From IMG/VR virus record IMGVR_UViG_3300028629_000017, positions 1 through 44,183 of that record: a stretch of 44,183 nucleotides of DNA. One strand, 5' to 3'. Source of the DNA: a virus (taxonomy: Duplodnaviria > Caudoviricetes). Every line of letters starts with the position of its first letter. The stretch's first letter is position 1. Position numbers and translations under genes: made by a program. The notes beneath the pieces were generated by a model, which saw only the letters and a list, made by a program, of their open reading frames with translations, was not told the DNA's origin and made no database searches. Of this stretch, positions 34,494 to 43,591 are shown piece after piece.

Positions 34494-35378
34494 TCAGATT
34501 CCCCACTCGACGGTGAAGACGGCCTGGAAGTAGACACCCTCGGTCTGCTTGACCTTCTTGGCGCTTCGCGCCGGACCATCCGCGAGGGAGATGCGGTTGA
34601 CGCAGAGATACGATCCGGAACCGGCCAGGGCGAGCATCTCGTCGACCACCTTGCCCACGCGGTTCATGAACCAATCCTGGGCCTGGTCGTGTTTGTCGTC
34701 GGCCTGCAGCTCCTGGGGGATCTCCGCCTCGACCATCCAAAGGATGTCGCCGGAGCCCTCGAAGTGGTTCCGGCTGCCGCCGGCCACCTTCAGGCGGTCC
34801 CACTTGGAGCCCTGGTCGACCAGGCTGAAGGGGCGCTTGTTGGCGATCTCCGAGCCAAGTCCCGGTACCGCTACCTTGTAGATGTGGTCCTTGGCCTCCG
34901 CCGGATCCGCAGCACCGCACCAGCCCTGCCAGGTGGCCGACTGGGCCTGGAGTTCGCGGAAGTACTCCGCAGGCAGGGCCAGAGATCCTTCCGGGGTCGT
35001 CGTGCCAGCAGTCGGCGTGCCGAAGGCCTCGGCGCTCGGCAGCGACCACAGGCCGCCGACCTTGGCCACAACGACCACCCCGTAGCTCGCGCCGTCGTTG
35101 ACCAGGCCAGTAATGGCCAGGGCGCCCGTCCCGATGCGCTTGAAACTGTCGTTCGGTTCCGTGAAGGTCCCGGATCCCGTCCGCCAGAGCGGATAGAGGA
35201 CATCGCCTGGTGCCGCGGCAGTAAGGTGCAGGACCAGCTGGCCGTCGCCCGGCGTAGGGTCGGCCGAGTGCGAGGGGCGGCCGGGAGGAGTGCCGCCGCC
35301 GGTCTGCAACTCGGCGATCGCCGCGTCCTTGAACCGCCAGGACGGCTGCGAGGCCTGGGCGCGCCAATGGTAGGCCAT
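34494..35378 (-). CDS. FN3-like domain fused to tail-terminator-like domain
   Basis: ATG 35378 overlaps upstream TGA; PGDGQLVL...ITGLVNDGASYGVVV...S...TP is FN3-like. C-terminal call is by synteny. Confidence 0.65.
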   Translation of the reverse strand: MAYHWRAQASQPSWRFKDAAIAELQTGGGTPPGRPSHSADPTPGDGQLVLHLTAAAPGDVLYPLWRTGSGTFTEPNDSFKRIGTGALAITGLVNDGASYGVVVVAKVGGLWSLPSAEAFGTPTAGTTTPEGSLALPAEYFRELQAQSATWQGWCGAADPAEAKDHIYKVAVPGLGSEIANKRPFSLVDQGSKWDRLKVAGGSRNHFEGSGDILWMVEAEIPQELQADDKHDQAQDWFMNRVGKVVDEMLALAGSGSYLCVNRISLADGPARSAKKVKQTEGVYFQAVFTVEWGI

Positions 35379-36088
35379 CAGACGGCCTCCACCATGGAAT
35401 CGAGCTTGTCGGTGGTGGCCTTGATGCCGGACACGTTCGTGCCGACGGCACCGGCGGCGATCGCGGCGTTGCAGGCTGCGGCTATCGCGGCGATGGTCGC
35501 CGTGGCATCGCCCTCGTTGACCAGGAACTCCTCCACCTTGGCGGCGATCGCGGCGAGCAGAGCGGTGGCGTCGCCCTCGTCCAGGACCATCGCTTCGACC
35601 TTGGCGCCGATCGCAGCAAGCGCCGTGGCGTTGGGGGCGCTGACCAGGTCCATCTGAGAGCCGGCGGCCGCCGGGCTCGCCGGGAGGTTGTCGGTCTTGG
35701 CCTTGATGGCGTCGTCCACGACCTTGACCGCCGCCACATCCGCCGACACGCTCGCCCCCGCCGGGGCGCCCAGGCGCGTGTACATCTCGTCGACGGTCTG
35801 CCAGTGGATCTCGCGGCGGTCGACCGGGACGGTCTCGGCGACGGCGTCGGCGTCGGTGATGGCGGCGACAGCCTCCAGGATGTCCTTGTCGAACCAGGCG
35901 TCTGCGGCGATGGTCGCCGTCCACTTGTAGAGGCCGGTGGCCACCTTCGAGACGGTGACGCTGTCGGCGGTCGCCGTGCCGTTCTTGTAGAGCGTGACCG
36001 TCGGCGTGCTGCCGGCGTCGGCCTGCAGGCCGGTCGACTTGCGGAAGGTCTGGAAGAAGCCCCAGACGGCCTTGGTTGCGGCTGGCAT
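35378..36088 (-). CDS. Virion structural protein (Ig-like N-terminus, Ala-rich helical repeats)
   Basis: TPTVTLYKNG...ATGLYKWT; repeated ATALxAAIxAKVE. Confidence 0.7.
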   Translation of the reverse strand: MPAATKAVWGFFQTFRKSTGLQADAGSTPTVTLYKNGTATADSVTVSKVATGLYKWTATIAADAWFDKDILEAVAAITDADAVAETVPVDRREIHWQTVDEMYTRLGAPAGASVSADVAAVKVVDDAIKAKTDNLPASPAAAGSQMDLVSAPNATALAAIGAKVEAMVLDEGDATALLAAIAAKVEEFLVNEGDATATIAAIAAACNAAIAAGAVGTNVSGIKATTDKLDSMVEAV

Positions 36089-36089
36089 G

Positions 36090-38504
36090 TCAGTTCGCTC
36101 CTGTCAGGGTCACGGCGCGCGAGAGTCGCGAGGTCGAAACACCGCCACCGCCACCGCCGTTGGGCGTGGCGCTAACAGTCCCGGAGGCCGGCCCGAAGAG
36201 CACGCCGTCGCGGGTGAACTTGGCGTACATGCCGCTGTAGGTCGTGCCCTTCACGAACCCTCCAATCCTCAGTGTGTTCGCCGGCTTGTCGTAGAGCGCG
36301 GCCTCGTAGACGGCGCGGGAGCACCGGCCGATCTCGACGTCGCTGGAGTTGTAGACGACCAGGAAGTCGCCGGCGGCGATGTCGCTGATGTTCGACACCG
36401 TGAAGTCAACCGCGTCGCCCGTGCCGGCGTCGGCCGCGGCGAAGGTGGCGGGGGTGGCCGACGCGAACGGCGTGGCCGCATATTCCCAGGTGTCCTGGTT
36501 GAGGTAGATGTACTCCTTGAAGTTCGGACCTGAGAAGGCCGTTGCACCAACCGGGACCGTCAACCCGTGCAGCCGCCATCTGAACCCGGCGATGGAATTG
36601 GTGAGTCCGCTCCATACGGCCCCACTAGAGCCGGTACACTGTAGGCGCAACCATACCAACGTCAGGTCGGAGTTGGTTGTTGTCTGAAACATGGCTTGGT
36701 TAGCGCCAACGTAGGGATTGATAGTAGCGTCGGAAATGGTGGCAGTCGTAAGGGTTGTCTTGTCAGAGGAGGCGCAGAACATCGGCCCGGATGCGGCAAT
36801 GCCGTTGTGCATGAAAGTCAACGTGAAATAGGTACCCTGGACACTGCCGTAGCCGTTATATAGGGTCCATCGATAGCTGGCGTTGTTGCTATTGGTGGAG
36901 TTGGTGCATGTGATCGGGCTGGCCGCTGTGCCATTGAACGTCAGCCGACACGACTTGCTCGACGTGTCGGCCGAGGTCGGGTTCATATACCAGCCCTGCT
37001 GGCTTGTGGATGCGGCGCCTCTCCATGTAGCCGTTACTCCCGCATTGAGAACCTCGTAGCCATAGCGGTAGAGAGCGGCCTGGGCGCCGAAGGCTGGAGT
37101 GTTCATGGCGCTGCCCTGGACGGTATCTCCGAATCGAATCCCGGCCAGTTGGTGGTCGCCATTTCGTGTCAACGTGGCGCCCATGGTTATCGTGCATACA
37201 TCCGAAGAGTGCACCGCAGCCCCCTTCGGGCCAGACGCTCCAAACAAATCAGCAGAGTTGGCATCCACGCGAGCGATATAGAATCCACCGTTTGAATCGT
37301 CTGCGACAGCGAATTGCAGGTCCGCAGCGGGCGCGTCAGTCCAAGCACCGGCAGCATACGTGGCGGCATTGCCTCCAGCGTATGTTCCCGCCGCATTCCC
37401 GCGGAACTGGATTCCACCGGTAGTCACCGTGCCGTCCAACCACCACACAATGTTATAGGCCGTGGCCCCGGCGAGAGCCGCTTGAATCCCGATCCAAGTG
37501 TACTTGTTCGACGACAACCACAGTTCAGCTACTGATATCCGGCCCGAAGCCAATAGGCTCCCGGACCCGATAGTGGACCCCTCGCGCAACTCGCAGACCA
37601 ACTCGCCGCTGGGCGTCGAGGAGTCGTTATGATAGACCAAGGCCCCGATGGACCGGACATTGAACGCCCCCACGGTCGTAAAGCTCTGGCCAACCTTCGT
37701 CGTGGCTGTAACCTGATACGTACCGCTACCCGCGCCATAGTACACCTGTACCGCCCCGACATAGGCGTTATTTGGTGACCACCCACTGACCTTGGCGTGA
37801 CCGCACTCCTTGTAGGGGTCGTTCTTGGCGACCTCCTCCACGGTCTTGAGTTGCGGCTGTCGGTCCTGGATCAGGACCTCGTAGCCGTCCTCCAGGTGCT
37901 GCTCGCAGATCTTCGGCACCGGAACCGGGCACAGCTCCAGGAAGGCGTCGGCCAGTTTCTTGGCGGTCAAGAGCTTGCCGTCGAGGCCGAGCACGGGTGC
38001 CCCATCGCGGAAGGCCTCGCCCCAGGGCATGACCGCCTTGACCGCGTTGAGGTCGGCAGCCGCCTGGAACTTCTTGAGGCTGGTCGAATCCTTGTGCTGG
38101 TCGATGTAGTAGCGCAGCGCCTGGAAGTCGTCGTAGGTCAGCGTTGCAACGCAATGGTTCTTGACCAGGTGCGCGTTGAGGCGGAACGGGCGATAGGCTT
38201 CCGCGTCGCGCTCCACGCCCTTGAACGCGCCCACCGTCCAGTTGCCAATGGCGTTGACGGGGATGCCCTCGGAGTCGATGTTCACGGCCTTCACGCCGTC
38301 CAGGGCCTCGGTGGTCTCGATCACATCCTCGTAGACATTGTGGCGACGCCAGAGGGCCTTCTCGACCGCCGGGGATACGGGCAGTCCGGGACGGTCCTTG
38401 TCCCACTCGCTGACGCGGTAGTAGTGCCCGCCGACGGGCTTCGGCTCTACCTCGCCGATCGGCTCGATGCCGATGCCGCCGCCGTCGATGAGCGTGCCGG
38501 GCAT
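36090..38504 (-). CDS. Large multi-domain virion/adhesin-like protein
   Basis: 804 aa; T/S/G/A-rich beta-type centre with atypical codon usage; SD GGAGG. Confidence 0.75.
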   Translation of the reverse strand: MPGTLIDGGGIGIEPIGEVEPKPVGGHYYRVSEWDKDRPGLPVSPAVEKALWRRHNVYEDVIETTEALDGVKAVNIDSEGIPVNAIGNWTVGAFKGVERDAEAYRPFRLNAHLVKNHCVATLTYDDFQALRYYIDQHKDSTSLKKFQAAADLNAVKAVMPWGEAFRDGAPVLGLDGKLLTAKKLADAFLELCPVPVPKICEQHLEDGYEVLIQDRQPQLKTVEEVAKNDPYKECGHAKVSGWSPNNAYVGAVQVYYGAGSGTYQVTATTKVGQSFTTVGAFNVRSIGALVYHNDSSTPSGELVCELREGSTIGSGSLLASGRISVAELWLSSNKYTWIGIQAALAGATAYNIVWWLDGTVTTGGIQFRGNAAGTYAGGNAATYAAGAWTDAPAADLQFAVADDSNGGFYIARVDANSADLFGASGPKGAAVHSSDVCTITMGATLTRNGDHQLAGIRFGDTVQGSAMNTPAFGAQAALYRYGYEVLNAGVTATWRGAASTSQQGWYMNPTSADTSSKSCRLTFNGTAASPITCTNSTNSNNASYRWTLYNGYGSVQGTYFTLTFMHNGIAASGPMFCASSDKTTLTTATISDATINPYVGANQAMFQTTTNSDLTLVWLRLQCTGSSGAVWSGLTNSIAGFRWRLHGLTVPVGATAFSGPNFKEYIYLNQDTWEYAATPFASATPATFAAADAGTGDAVDFTVSNISDIAAGDFLVVYNSSDVEIGRCSRAVYEAALYDKPANTLRIGGFVKGTTYSGMYAKFTRDGVLFGPASGTVSATPNGGGGGGVSTSRLSRAVTLTGAN

Positions 38505-38507
38505 GGG

Positions 38508-38603
38508 TCAGTCCTCCCGGATCCGCCGGAGCCAGGCGCGGACGCCCCAGCCGATCATGGCCAGTCCGGCCAGGAGCATGAGCAGGCCGAGGATGGCGTG
38601 CAT
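38508..38603 (-). CDS. 31-aa single-TM protein
   Basis: Below ORF-track cutoff; MHAILGLLMLLAGLAMIGWGVRAWLRRIRED; TGATG coupling to upstream gene. Confidence 0.65.
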   Translation of the reverse strand: MHAILGLLMLLAGLAMIGWGVRAWLRRIRED

Positions 38604-38854
38604 CAGCCCTTGCCTCCGCCGAAGAGCCGGTCGCCGAAGATGGCGAGGCCCGCGCCGATCGTGGCGCTCACCGCGGCCCAGTGCAGCCGCCAGCGCTCCA
38701 GCCGCCCGAGCCGGCGATGGTGCTCGGCGCAGCGGCGCCGGCGGGCCAGGTGGTCCTTGACCACGAACTCCCGGAAGAGCTTGTCCGAGGCCACGACCTT
38801 CTCGAGGAAGGCCTGGTCCTCCGGGGTCACGTCGTCCATCTCTTCGAGTGGCAC
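38603..38854 (-). CDS. Small membrane protein (holin-like position)
   Basis: Charged N-terminus and C-terminal hydrophobic helix WAAVSATIGAGLAIFG. Confidence 0.6.
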   Translation of the reverse strand: MPLEEMDDVTPEDQAFLEKVVASDKLFREFVVKDHLARRRRCAEHHRRLGRLERWRLHWAAVSATIGAGLAIFGDRLFGGGKG

Positions 38855-38864
38855 GGGCGAGGCC

Positions 38865-39593
38865 TCAGATCTGCCCGGCCTGCGCCATCCGGCGCAGCTC
38901 GTCGTAGTCGGCCTTGGTGGCCAGCTCGTCGGCCTGCTGCTCGCGCAGGAGCAGCTCCTGCTTGAGCTGGGCCAGCGGCGGCTCCACCGCCCCGACGCCT
39001 TCCTTGGCGTAGGCCGCGCCGGGCGCGGATTCCTTCGGCGCCAGGCCGTCGAGCGTCCGCGAGAGGCTGCCGGCGATCTCCGTGGTGGTGGCCAGCTTGG
39101 TTTGGGCCCCGGCCAGCTGCCCCTTCAGGGCGCCGGCCACGGGCACCAGGAAACTCAGTTGCGGGACGAACGTGCCCAGGAGCTGCGCCAAAGTCAGGCC
39201 CGCGGGGATTGCGTAGGCGTACCAGGGGGCGCCGCCCTTCTGCATGTCCTGAATGGTCGCCCTGGTGCTATCGACCACGGCGAGCGCGTCGGCGAGTCTC
39301 TGTTGGGTAGCCGTCATATTGGCCATGATCTCGTCGGCGAGCTTCAGCCCGGAGGCGAGCGGCACCTTGCCGGCCTTGACGTCGGCCACCACGGCGGCCA
39401 TGTCGCCGCGGTACTTCTCCAGCTCGGTCTTGAGCTGGAGCACCGTGGCCTGGCCGCGGTCGAGGTTCGACTGCAGCGTCACGATCTGCGCCTTGGTCTC
39501 GGGCGTCAGGCAGCCGATCTGGGCGATGGCCAGGACGGCCCCCAGGGCCAGGGCGAGGAAAGCGGCGGAGGTCTTCAGCTTGGCAACGGTCAT
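38865..39593 (-). CDS. Putative lipoprotein with coiled coil and internal TM segment
   Basis: Signal-like N-terminus ending QIGC; heptad region; hydrophobic PWYAYAIPAGLTLAQLLGTFV. Confidence 0.7.
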   Translation of the reverse strand: MTVAKLKTSAAFLALALGAVLAIAQIGCLTPETKAQIVTLQSNLDRGQATVLQLKTELEKYRGDMAAVVADVKAGKVPLASGLKLADEIMANMTATQQRLADALAVVDSTRATIQDMQKGGAPWYAYAIPAGLTLAQLLGTFVPQLSFLVPVAGALKGQLAGAQTKLATTTEIAGSLSRTLDGLAPKESAPGAAYAKEGVGAVEPPLAQLKQELLLREQQADELATKADYDELRRMAQAGQI

Positions 39594-39597
39594 GGCA

Positions 39598-39993
39598 TCA
39601 TCTCCTCAATCGGTAGTTCTCGTGACTCTTCTCGTCGGGGTTGGACCGGACCACGGTCAGCTCGTAGCACTCGCCGGGCAGCGGGAGCACGCGCTCCACC
39701 GTCCAGGCCTCGCCGGCGCGGGTCACCGTGCCGTTGACGGCCGGGGCGGCCGCGGTGAAGTAGCTCGCGCGCACCTGGACGGTGACGCGGTCCTGGATGA
39801 CCAGGCCGTCGCGGCCGGGCTGTTCGGCCTGCTCCTCGGGAGTCCAGATGGCCTCGGCCACGTCCACGGCCGCGCCGCCCTCGGGGGCGGTGTAGGCCAG
39901 CGCCACCGACTGGCCGGTCGGCGCGCCGCCCAGCACGGACTGGAGCAGCTCGCGCCCGGTCGCCGCGAAGTGGCTGTCGAAGAGGCCGCTCAT
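39598..39993 (-). CDS. Head-tail joining/closure protein candidate
   Basis: Directly after capsid gene; C-terminal GTVTRAGEAWTVERV beta pattern. Confidence 0.65.
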   Translation of the reverse strand: MSGLFDSHFAATGRELLQSVLGGAPTGQSVALAYTAPEGGAAVDVAEAIWTPEEQAEQPGRDGLVIQDRVTVQVRASYFTAAAPAVNGTVTRAGEAWTVERVLPLPGECYELTVVRSNPDEKSHENYRLRR

Positions 39994-40041
39994 GGGAGCC
40001 TTTCACCGCAGAGGACGCAGAGTAACGCGGAGGGCAACAAT

Positions 40042-40080
40042 GCGGCAGGGAGGGCGGGGTTTCCCCCGCCCTCCCGTCGC
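40042..40080 (-). terminator. Strong hairpin after major capsid gene
   Basis: 12-bp GC stem 40048-40059/40064-40075 with GAAA loop on the minus strand; weak U tract (ATTGTTG). Confidence 0.65.
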
Positions 40081-40089
40081 TGGTCGGGA

Positions 40090-41061
40090 CTAGGCCTTGG
40101 TCAGGACCGTGGTGAGGACGTAGCCGCAGCTGGCCGCGCGGATGACCGGCTTGGCCTGCCGGCGCACGCGGATGACCCAGCAGCGCTTTTCCTCGCTCCA
40201 GTACTCCTCGACCCTCCACTCGTACTCCGAGCCGTCGCCGGCCCAGTGGAGGTTCATGCCCACGGTCAGGTTGTCGAGCCGCGGGGCCGGGGCGACGTAG
40301 CCCACGAACACCTTGTCGGTGTCCCAGATGCTCGCGAGGCTCCCGGTCTGGCCCTCCTTCGCGCTGTTGTAGCGCGCGGACGCGACCACGACCTCGTCGA
40401 CGTCCAGGATGGACGCCGCCACCTGGCGGCTGATCTTCTTGGGGTCGCCCGAGCTGACCGAGCCGATGCGGTCCAGGACCTCGTCGCAGACCCGGAAGGC
40501 CTCCCAGGTCGCGTCGGCCATGATGACCTTGTTGGCCGGCATGCCACAGGCGTCGAGCACGGCGGCCTTGGCGACGTTGATGTCGCTGGTCGGCGTCGCG
40601 GTGGCCTTGGTGCCCCACTTGACGCCGGCGATGGCCGTGTCCGGGAACGTGGCGGTGCTCTGCATGAGGCCGGCCACCACGATCTCGTGCTCCTGGGTCA
40701 CCTGGGCCAGGGCGATGTCGGCCGCCTCGCGCCGGGCGTTGAAGTAGCCCTCGAGCTGCTTCTCCTTGTTGGCGTCGATCGGCACCTCGAAGCCGCGCTC
40801 CTCGGTGTCGAAGGTCGTCTCGGTGACCTTGAACGACCCGCGGCGGTAGCCGCCGTCCGGCGCGCGCAGGGTCTCGATGCGCTTCAGGACCTCCTCGCGG
40901 GAGATCTTCTTGTAGCTGCCGCTGGCGGTCGGCACGTCGCAGCGCGGGAGGGCCAGGTCCGCGACGTACAGCTGCTTGACCTTGTTGACGTCCCACTCCC
41001 GGTAGACCGCATCGCGGACGTCCGGGCGGGTCACTGCGGAACTCACGTTGGGGCTGCCCAT
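40090..41061 (-). CDS. Major capsid protein (HK97 fold, lambda E-like arrangement)
   Basis: 323 aa after protease and decoration gene; PTSDI...GMPANKVIM...W motif; SD AAGGAG. Confidence 0.8.
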   Translation of the reverse strand: MGSPNVSSAVTRPDVRDAVYREWDVNKVKQLYVADLALPRCDVPTASGSYKKISREEVLKRIETLRAPDGGYRRGSFKVTETTFDTEERGFEVPIDANKEKQLEGYFNARREAADIALAQVTQEHEIVVAGLMQSTATFPDTAIAGVKWGTKATATPTSDINVAKAAVLDACGMPANKVIMADATWEAFRVCDEVLDRIGSVSSGDPKKISRQVAASILDVDEVVVASARYNSAKEGQTGSLASIWDTDKVFVGYVAPAPRLDNLTVGMNLHWAGDGSEYEWRVEEYWSEEKRCWVIRVRRQAKPVIRAASCGYVLTTVLTKA

Positions 41062-41118
41062 CTCAGTGTCTCCTTATCAGGTCGCTCTAGGCGACGCCTT
41101 TCTTGTCGCCCAGTCCGA

Positions 41119-41964
41119 CTAGGACTTGGGCAGGACCTCCACGATGAGGTTGTCGAGCTGGACCTCGTTGTCCGCGTGGGCCGCGCTCCAGGTGGCCTTC
41201 ACGGTGATGGGCACGTCGCCGGAGAGGTCCTCGGCCGCGTCGGCCTTGGCGAAGGGCTTGGCGGTGACGGTGCCCGGCACGCCGAGCGCCACCAGGCCGC
41301 AGCCCGCCACGTGGCCGCCCGCGCCGGCGATCCTGACCACCACGTCGGCGTCGATGAGGAAGATGTCCCCGTCGGCCACGTCGACCGCGCCGGTGGAGAC
41401 GATCTCCTCGGTGCCGACGTAGAGCTTCACGGTCAGCGTGTCGGCGGCGTTGTTGTCGTTGACCAGGCCCTGCGCCCGGATCCGGATCACGTCGCCGGCC
41501 GAGAGGTCGGCGCCCACCAGGGTCTTCGAGGCCGCGAAGGCCGTCTCGACCACGGTGTTCTCGACCTCGGCGGTCGAGGCCGTGTTGGAGTACTTCAGGT
41601 CCACCTTCTCGATGTTGGGGAGGACCTCGATGATGTCCCCGTCGGCGGTGGCCGCCTCGAAGGACTGGCCCACGCGCACGCCGCTCTTGGTGGCGCTGAC
41701 CTTGCCGTCGGCGGCCGAGTAGACGTCGGAGCGCGCGGCGATGACGCCGGCGGCGGTCACCCGGATGGTCCCGGGCTTGTTCTGGAGGAGCGCGCCGGCG
41801 ACCGGGAAGCCGCTGGCGACGTAGTCCTCGGTCACCGCGAGCGGGGTCTCCCCGGCGTCGCAGTAGACGAACTCGTTGCTGGTGTCGTGACGCACCAGGC
41901 GGAAGGCCTCCAGGTTCTCGGCCGCCTCGCGGCTCAGGAAGGGGGTGTCGATCTGCTGGGTCAT
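41119..41964 (-). CDS. Capsid cement/decoration protein with C-terminal extra domain
   Basis: N-terminal ~115 aa ends VYSAADGKV...VGQSFEAATADGDIIEVL (DUF2190-like). Confidence 0.72.
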   Translation of the reverse strand: MTQQIDTPFLSREAAENLEAFRLVRHDTSNEFVYCDAGETPLAVTEDYVASGFPVAGALLQNKPGTIRVTAAGVIAARSDVYSAADGKVSATKSGVRVGQSFEAATADGDIIEVLPNIEKVDLKYSNTASTAEVENTVVETAFAASKTLVGADLSAGDVIRIRAQGLVNDNNAADTLTVKLYVGTEEIVSTGAVDVADGDIFLIDADVVVRIAGAGGHVAGCGLVALGVPGTVTAKPFAKADAAEDLSGDVPITVKATWSAAHADNEVQLDNLIVEVLPKS

Positions 41965-42034
41965 GGCGTCAACCTTTCATTCTCGTTTCGTTCAGGCCGG
42001 GAACTCCCGTCCCGGGCCCCAAGGGTTCGACCGG

Positions 42035-43591
42035 CTACTTCTTCCCGGCGTCGCCCTCCTTCCCGGCCTCGGCCGGCTTGGCCGCGGCCGCCGCGGCCGG
42101 GGCGCTCGCCTGGGCGCCGGCGTTGACCGCCGCCAGGTAGGCCGCCGAGACCTCGGGGAACTTGTTGGCGATGGTCTCCTCGGGCCGGACGTCGCCGGCC
42201 TTCAAGAGCTCCTCGCGCTTGGCGTTGTAGGCCGCCACCGCGCCCGCGGCCTCGGCCGACGCCGGCTTCTGCTCGAGGGGCTTGTGCCCCACCTGGGAGG
42301 CCAGCGCCTTCAGGTCCGCGATCTCCTTGTCCTTGGCGGCCAGCTCCTCCTTGTGCTTGGCCTCGGCCGCGGCCGAGTCGCCCTGGGCCTTGGCCAGCTG
42401 ACCCTCCAGGTCCTTGATCCGGGCCTGGGCGTCCTTGAGCTGCTCGGGGGCCTTGGCCGCGAGCTCGCCCTTGGCCTGCTCGGGCGAGAGCCCGCGCTTC
42501 CAGGCATCCCGCGCGAACGCCAGGTCCGCCGGGAACGCCGCTTCCATGGCCTCGAGCTGCTTGGCAGCCTCGATGGCCACGGGGGCCTCGCCCGCCGAGC
42601 TCTGACTGCCCGGCGCCGGCGAGGCCGCGGCGGTGCCGCTCCTCTGTCCACTCATGCTTCCGTCTCTCTTCGTCCCTGCCGGCCGAGCCGCGGCCAGCGC
42701 CGATTCGTAGTTGGCGACTCCGTCGATGAGCTTGGCCCGGAGCGCGTCCGCGGCCAGCCAGGTCCTGCCCGTGGCCAGGGAGGCCACTTCTGTGGCGGCC
42801 ATCCCGCGTCCGGCGGCGATCGCGCCGACGAACTGCTCGGCCAGCTTGTTGACCATCTCCTGCTCGACTGCGATCTGCTCTTCGGTCAGCGGCACGCCCG
42901 GCACGCCCGCGCCCTTGTGCGGCCCGGAGGCAATCAGGTGGACCTTGAAGCCCTCGGCCTCGGCGGCCTTGGAGCTGTCCACCATGACCATGTAGACCCC
43001 GATGGAGCCGACCTCGGCGGTCTGGTTGGCCGTCACGCGGCTGGCCTGGCTGGCCAGCCAGTAGGCCGCGGAGGCGCCGAGGTCCGAGATGTGCGCGGCC
43101 ACAGGCTTGACCGCCCGGGCGGCGCGGATGGCATCGGCCAGCTCCTGGACGCCGCTCACCGACCCGCCGGGGGAGTCGATCTCGAAGAGGATGCTGTCGA
43201 CCGCCTTGTCGGCCAGGGCCGCGGCCAGGGCCGCCTGGACGTCCTGCACGCCGGTCGCGTGGATCCCGAAGTAATCGTAGATCCACGGGACGCTCTTCTG
43301 GATGACGCCAGAGAGGGGGAACACCGCCACGCCATTCTCGACCGCGTAGGAGTAGGGCGGGGGATCCTCCATCATGTCCTCGAGCTTCTTGAAGCCCTTC
43401 CGGGCGCGGGTGGACGCGGCCTGGGAGGCTGCCGCGGCCGCGGCCTCGCCGGAGATCTCCGCGGCGGCCAGCCGCGCGCAGAGCTGCTCCAGGCGCGAAG
43501 GCTCCATCGCCCAGACCTTGGGGAAGTCCGCTGGCAGCCCGACCTTGCGGCTGATCCCGACCATGCCCAGCATCCTCTGCATGAGACTCAT
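42035..43591 (-). CDS. S49 (SppA/gpC-like) prohead protease with C-terminal scaffold
   Basis: IDSPGG, GASAAYWLAS, VGSIGV, GPHKG; Ala/Lys/Glu coiled-coil C-terminus. Confidence 0.92.
   Translation of the reverse strand: MSLMQRMLGMVGISRKVGLPADFPKVWAMEPSRLEQLCARLAAAEISGEAAAAAASQAASTRARKGFKKLEDMMEDPPPYSYAVENGVAVFPLSGVIQKSVPWIYDYFGIHATGVQDVQAALAAALADKAVDSILFEIDSPGGSVSGVQELADAIRAARAVKPVAAHISDLGASAAYWLASQASRVTANQTAEVGSIGVYMVMVDSSKAAEAEGFKVHLIASGPHKGAGVPGVPLTEEQIAVEQEMVNKLAEQFVGAIAAGRGMAATEVASLATGRTWLAADALRAKLIDGVANYESALAAARPAGTKRDGSMSGQRSGTAAASPAPGSQSSAGEAPVAIEAAKQLEAMEAAFPADLAFARDAWKRGLSPEQAKGELAAKAPEQLKDAQARIKDLEGQLAKAQGDSAAAEAKHKEELAAKDKEIADLKALASQVGHKPLEQKPASAEAAGAVAAYNAKREELLKAGDVRPEETIANKFPEVSAAYLAAVNAGAQASAPAAAAAAKPAEAGKEGDAGKK

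Noticed and set aside
24036-38504. Diversity-generating retroelement or shufflon
   Set aside because: No reverse transcriptase, invertase, TR/VR pair or repeated crossover sites seen in this window; cannot be excluded outside it.
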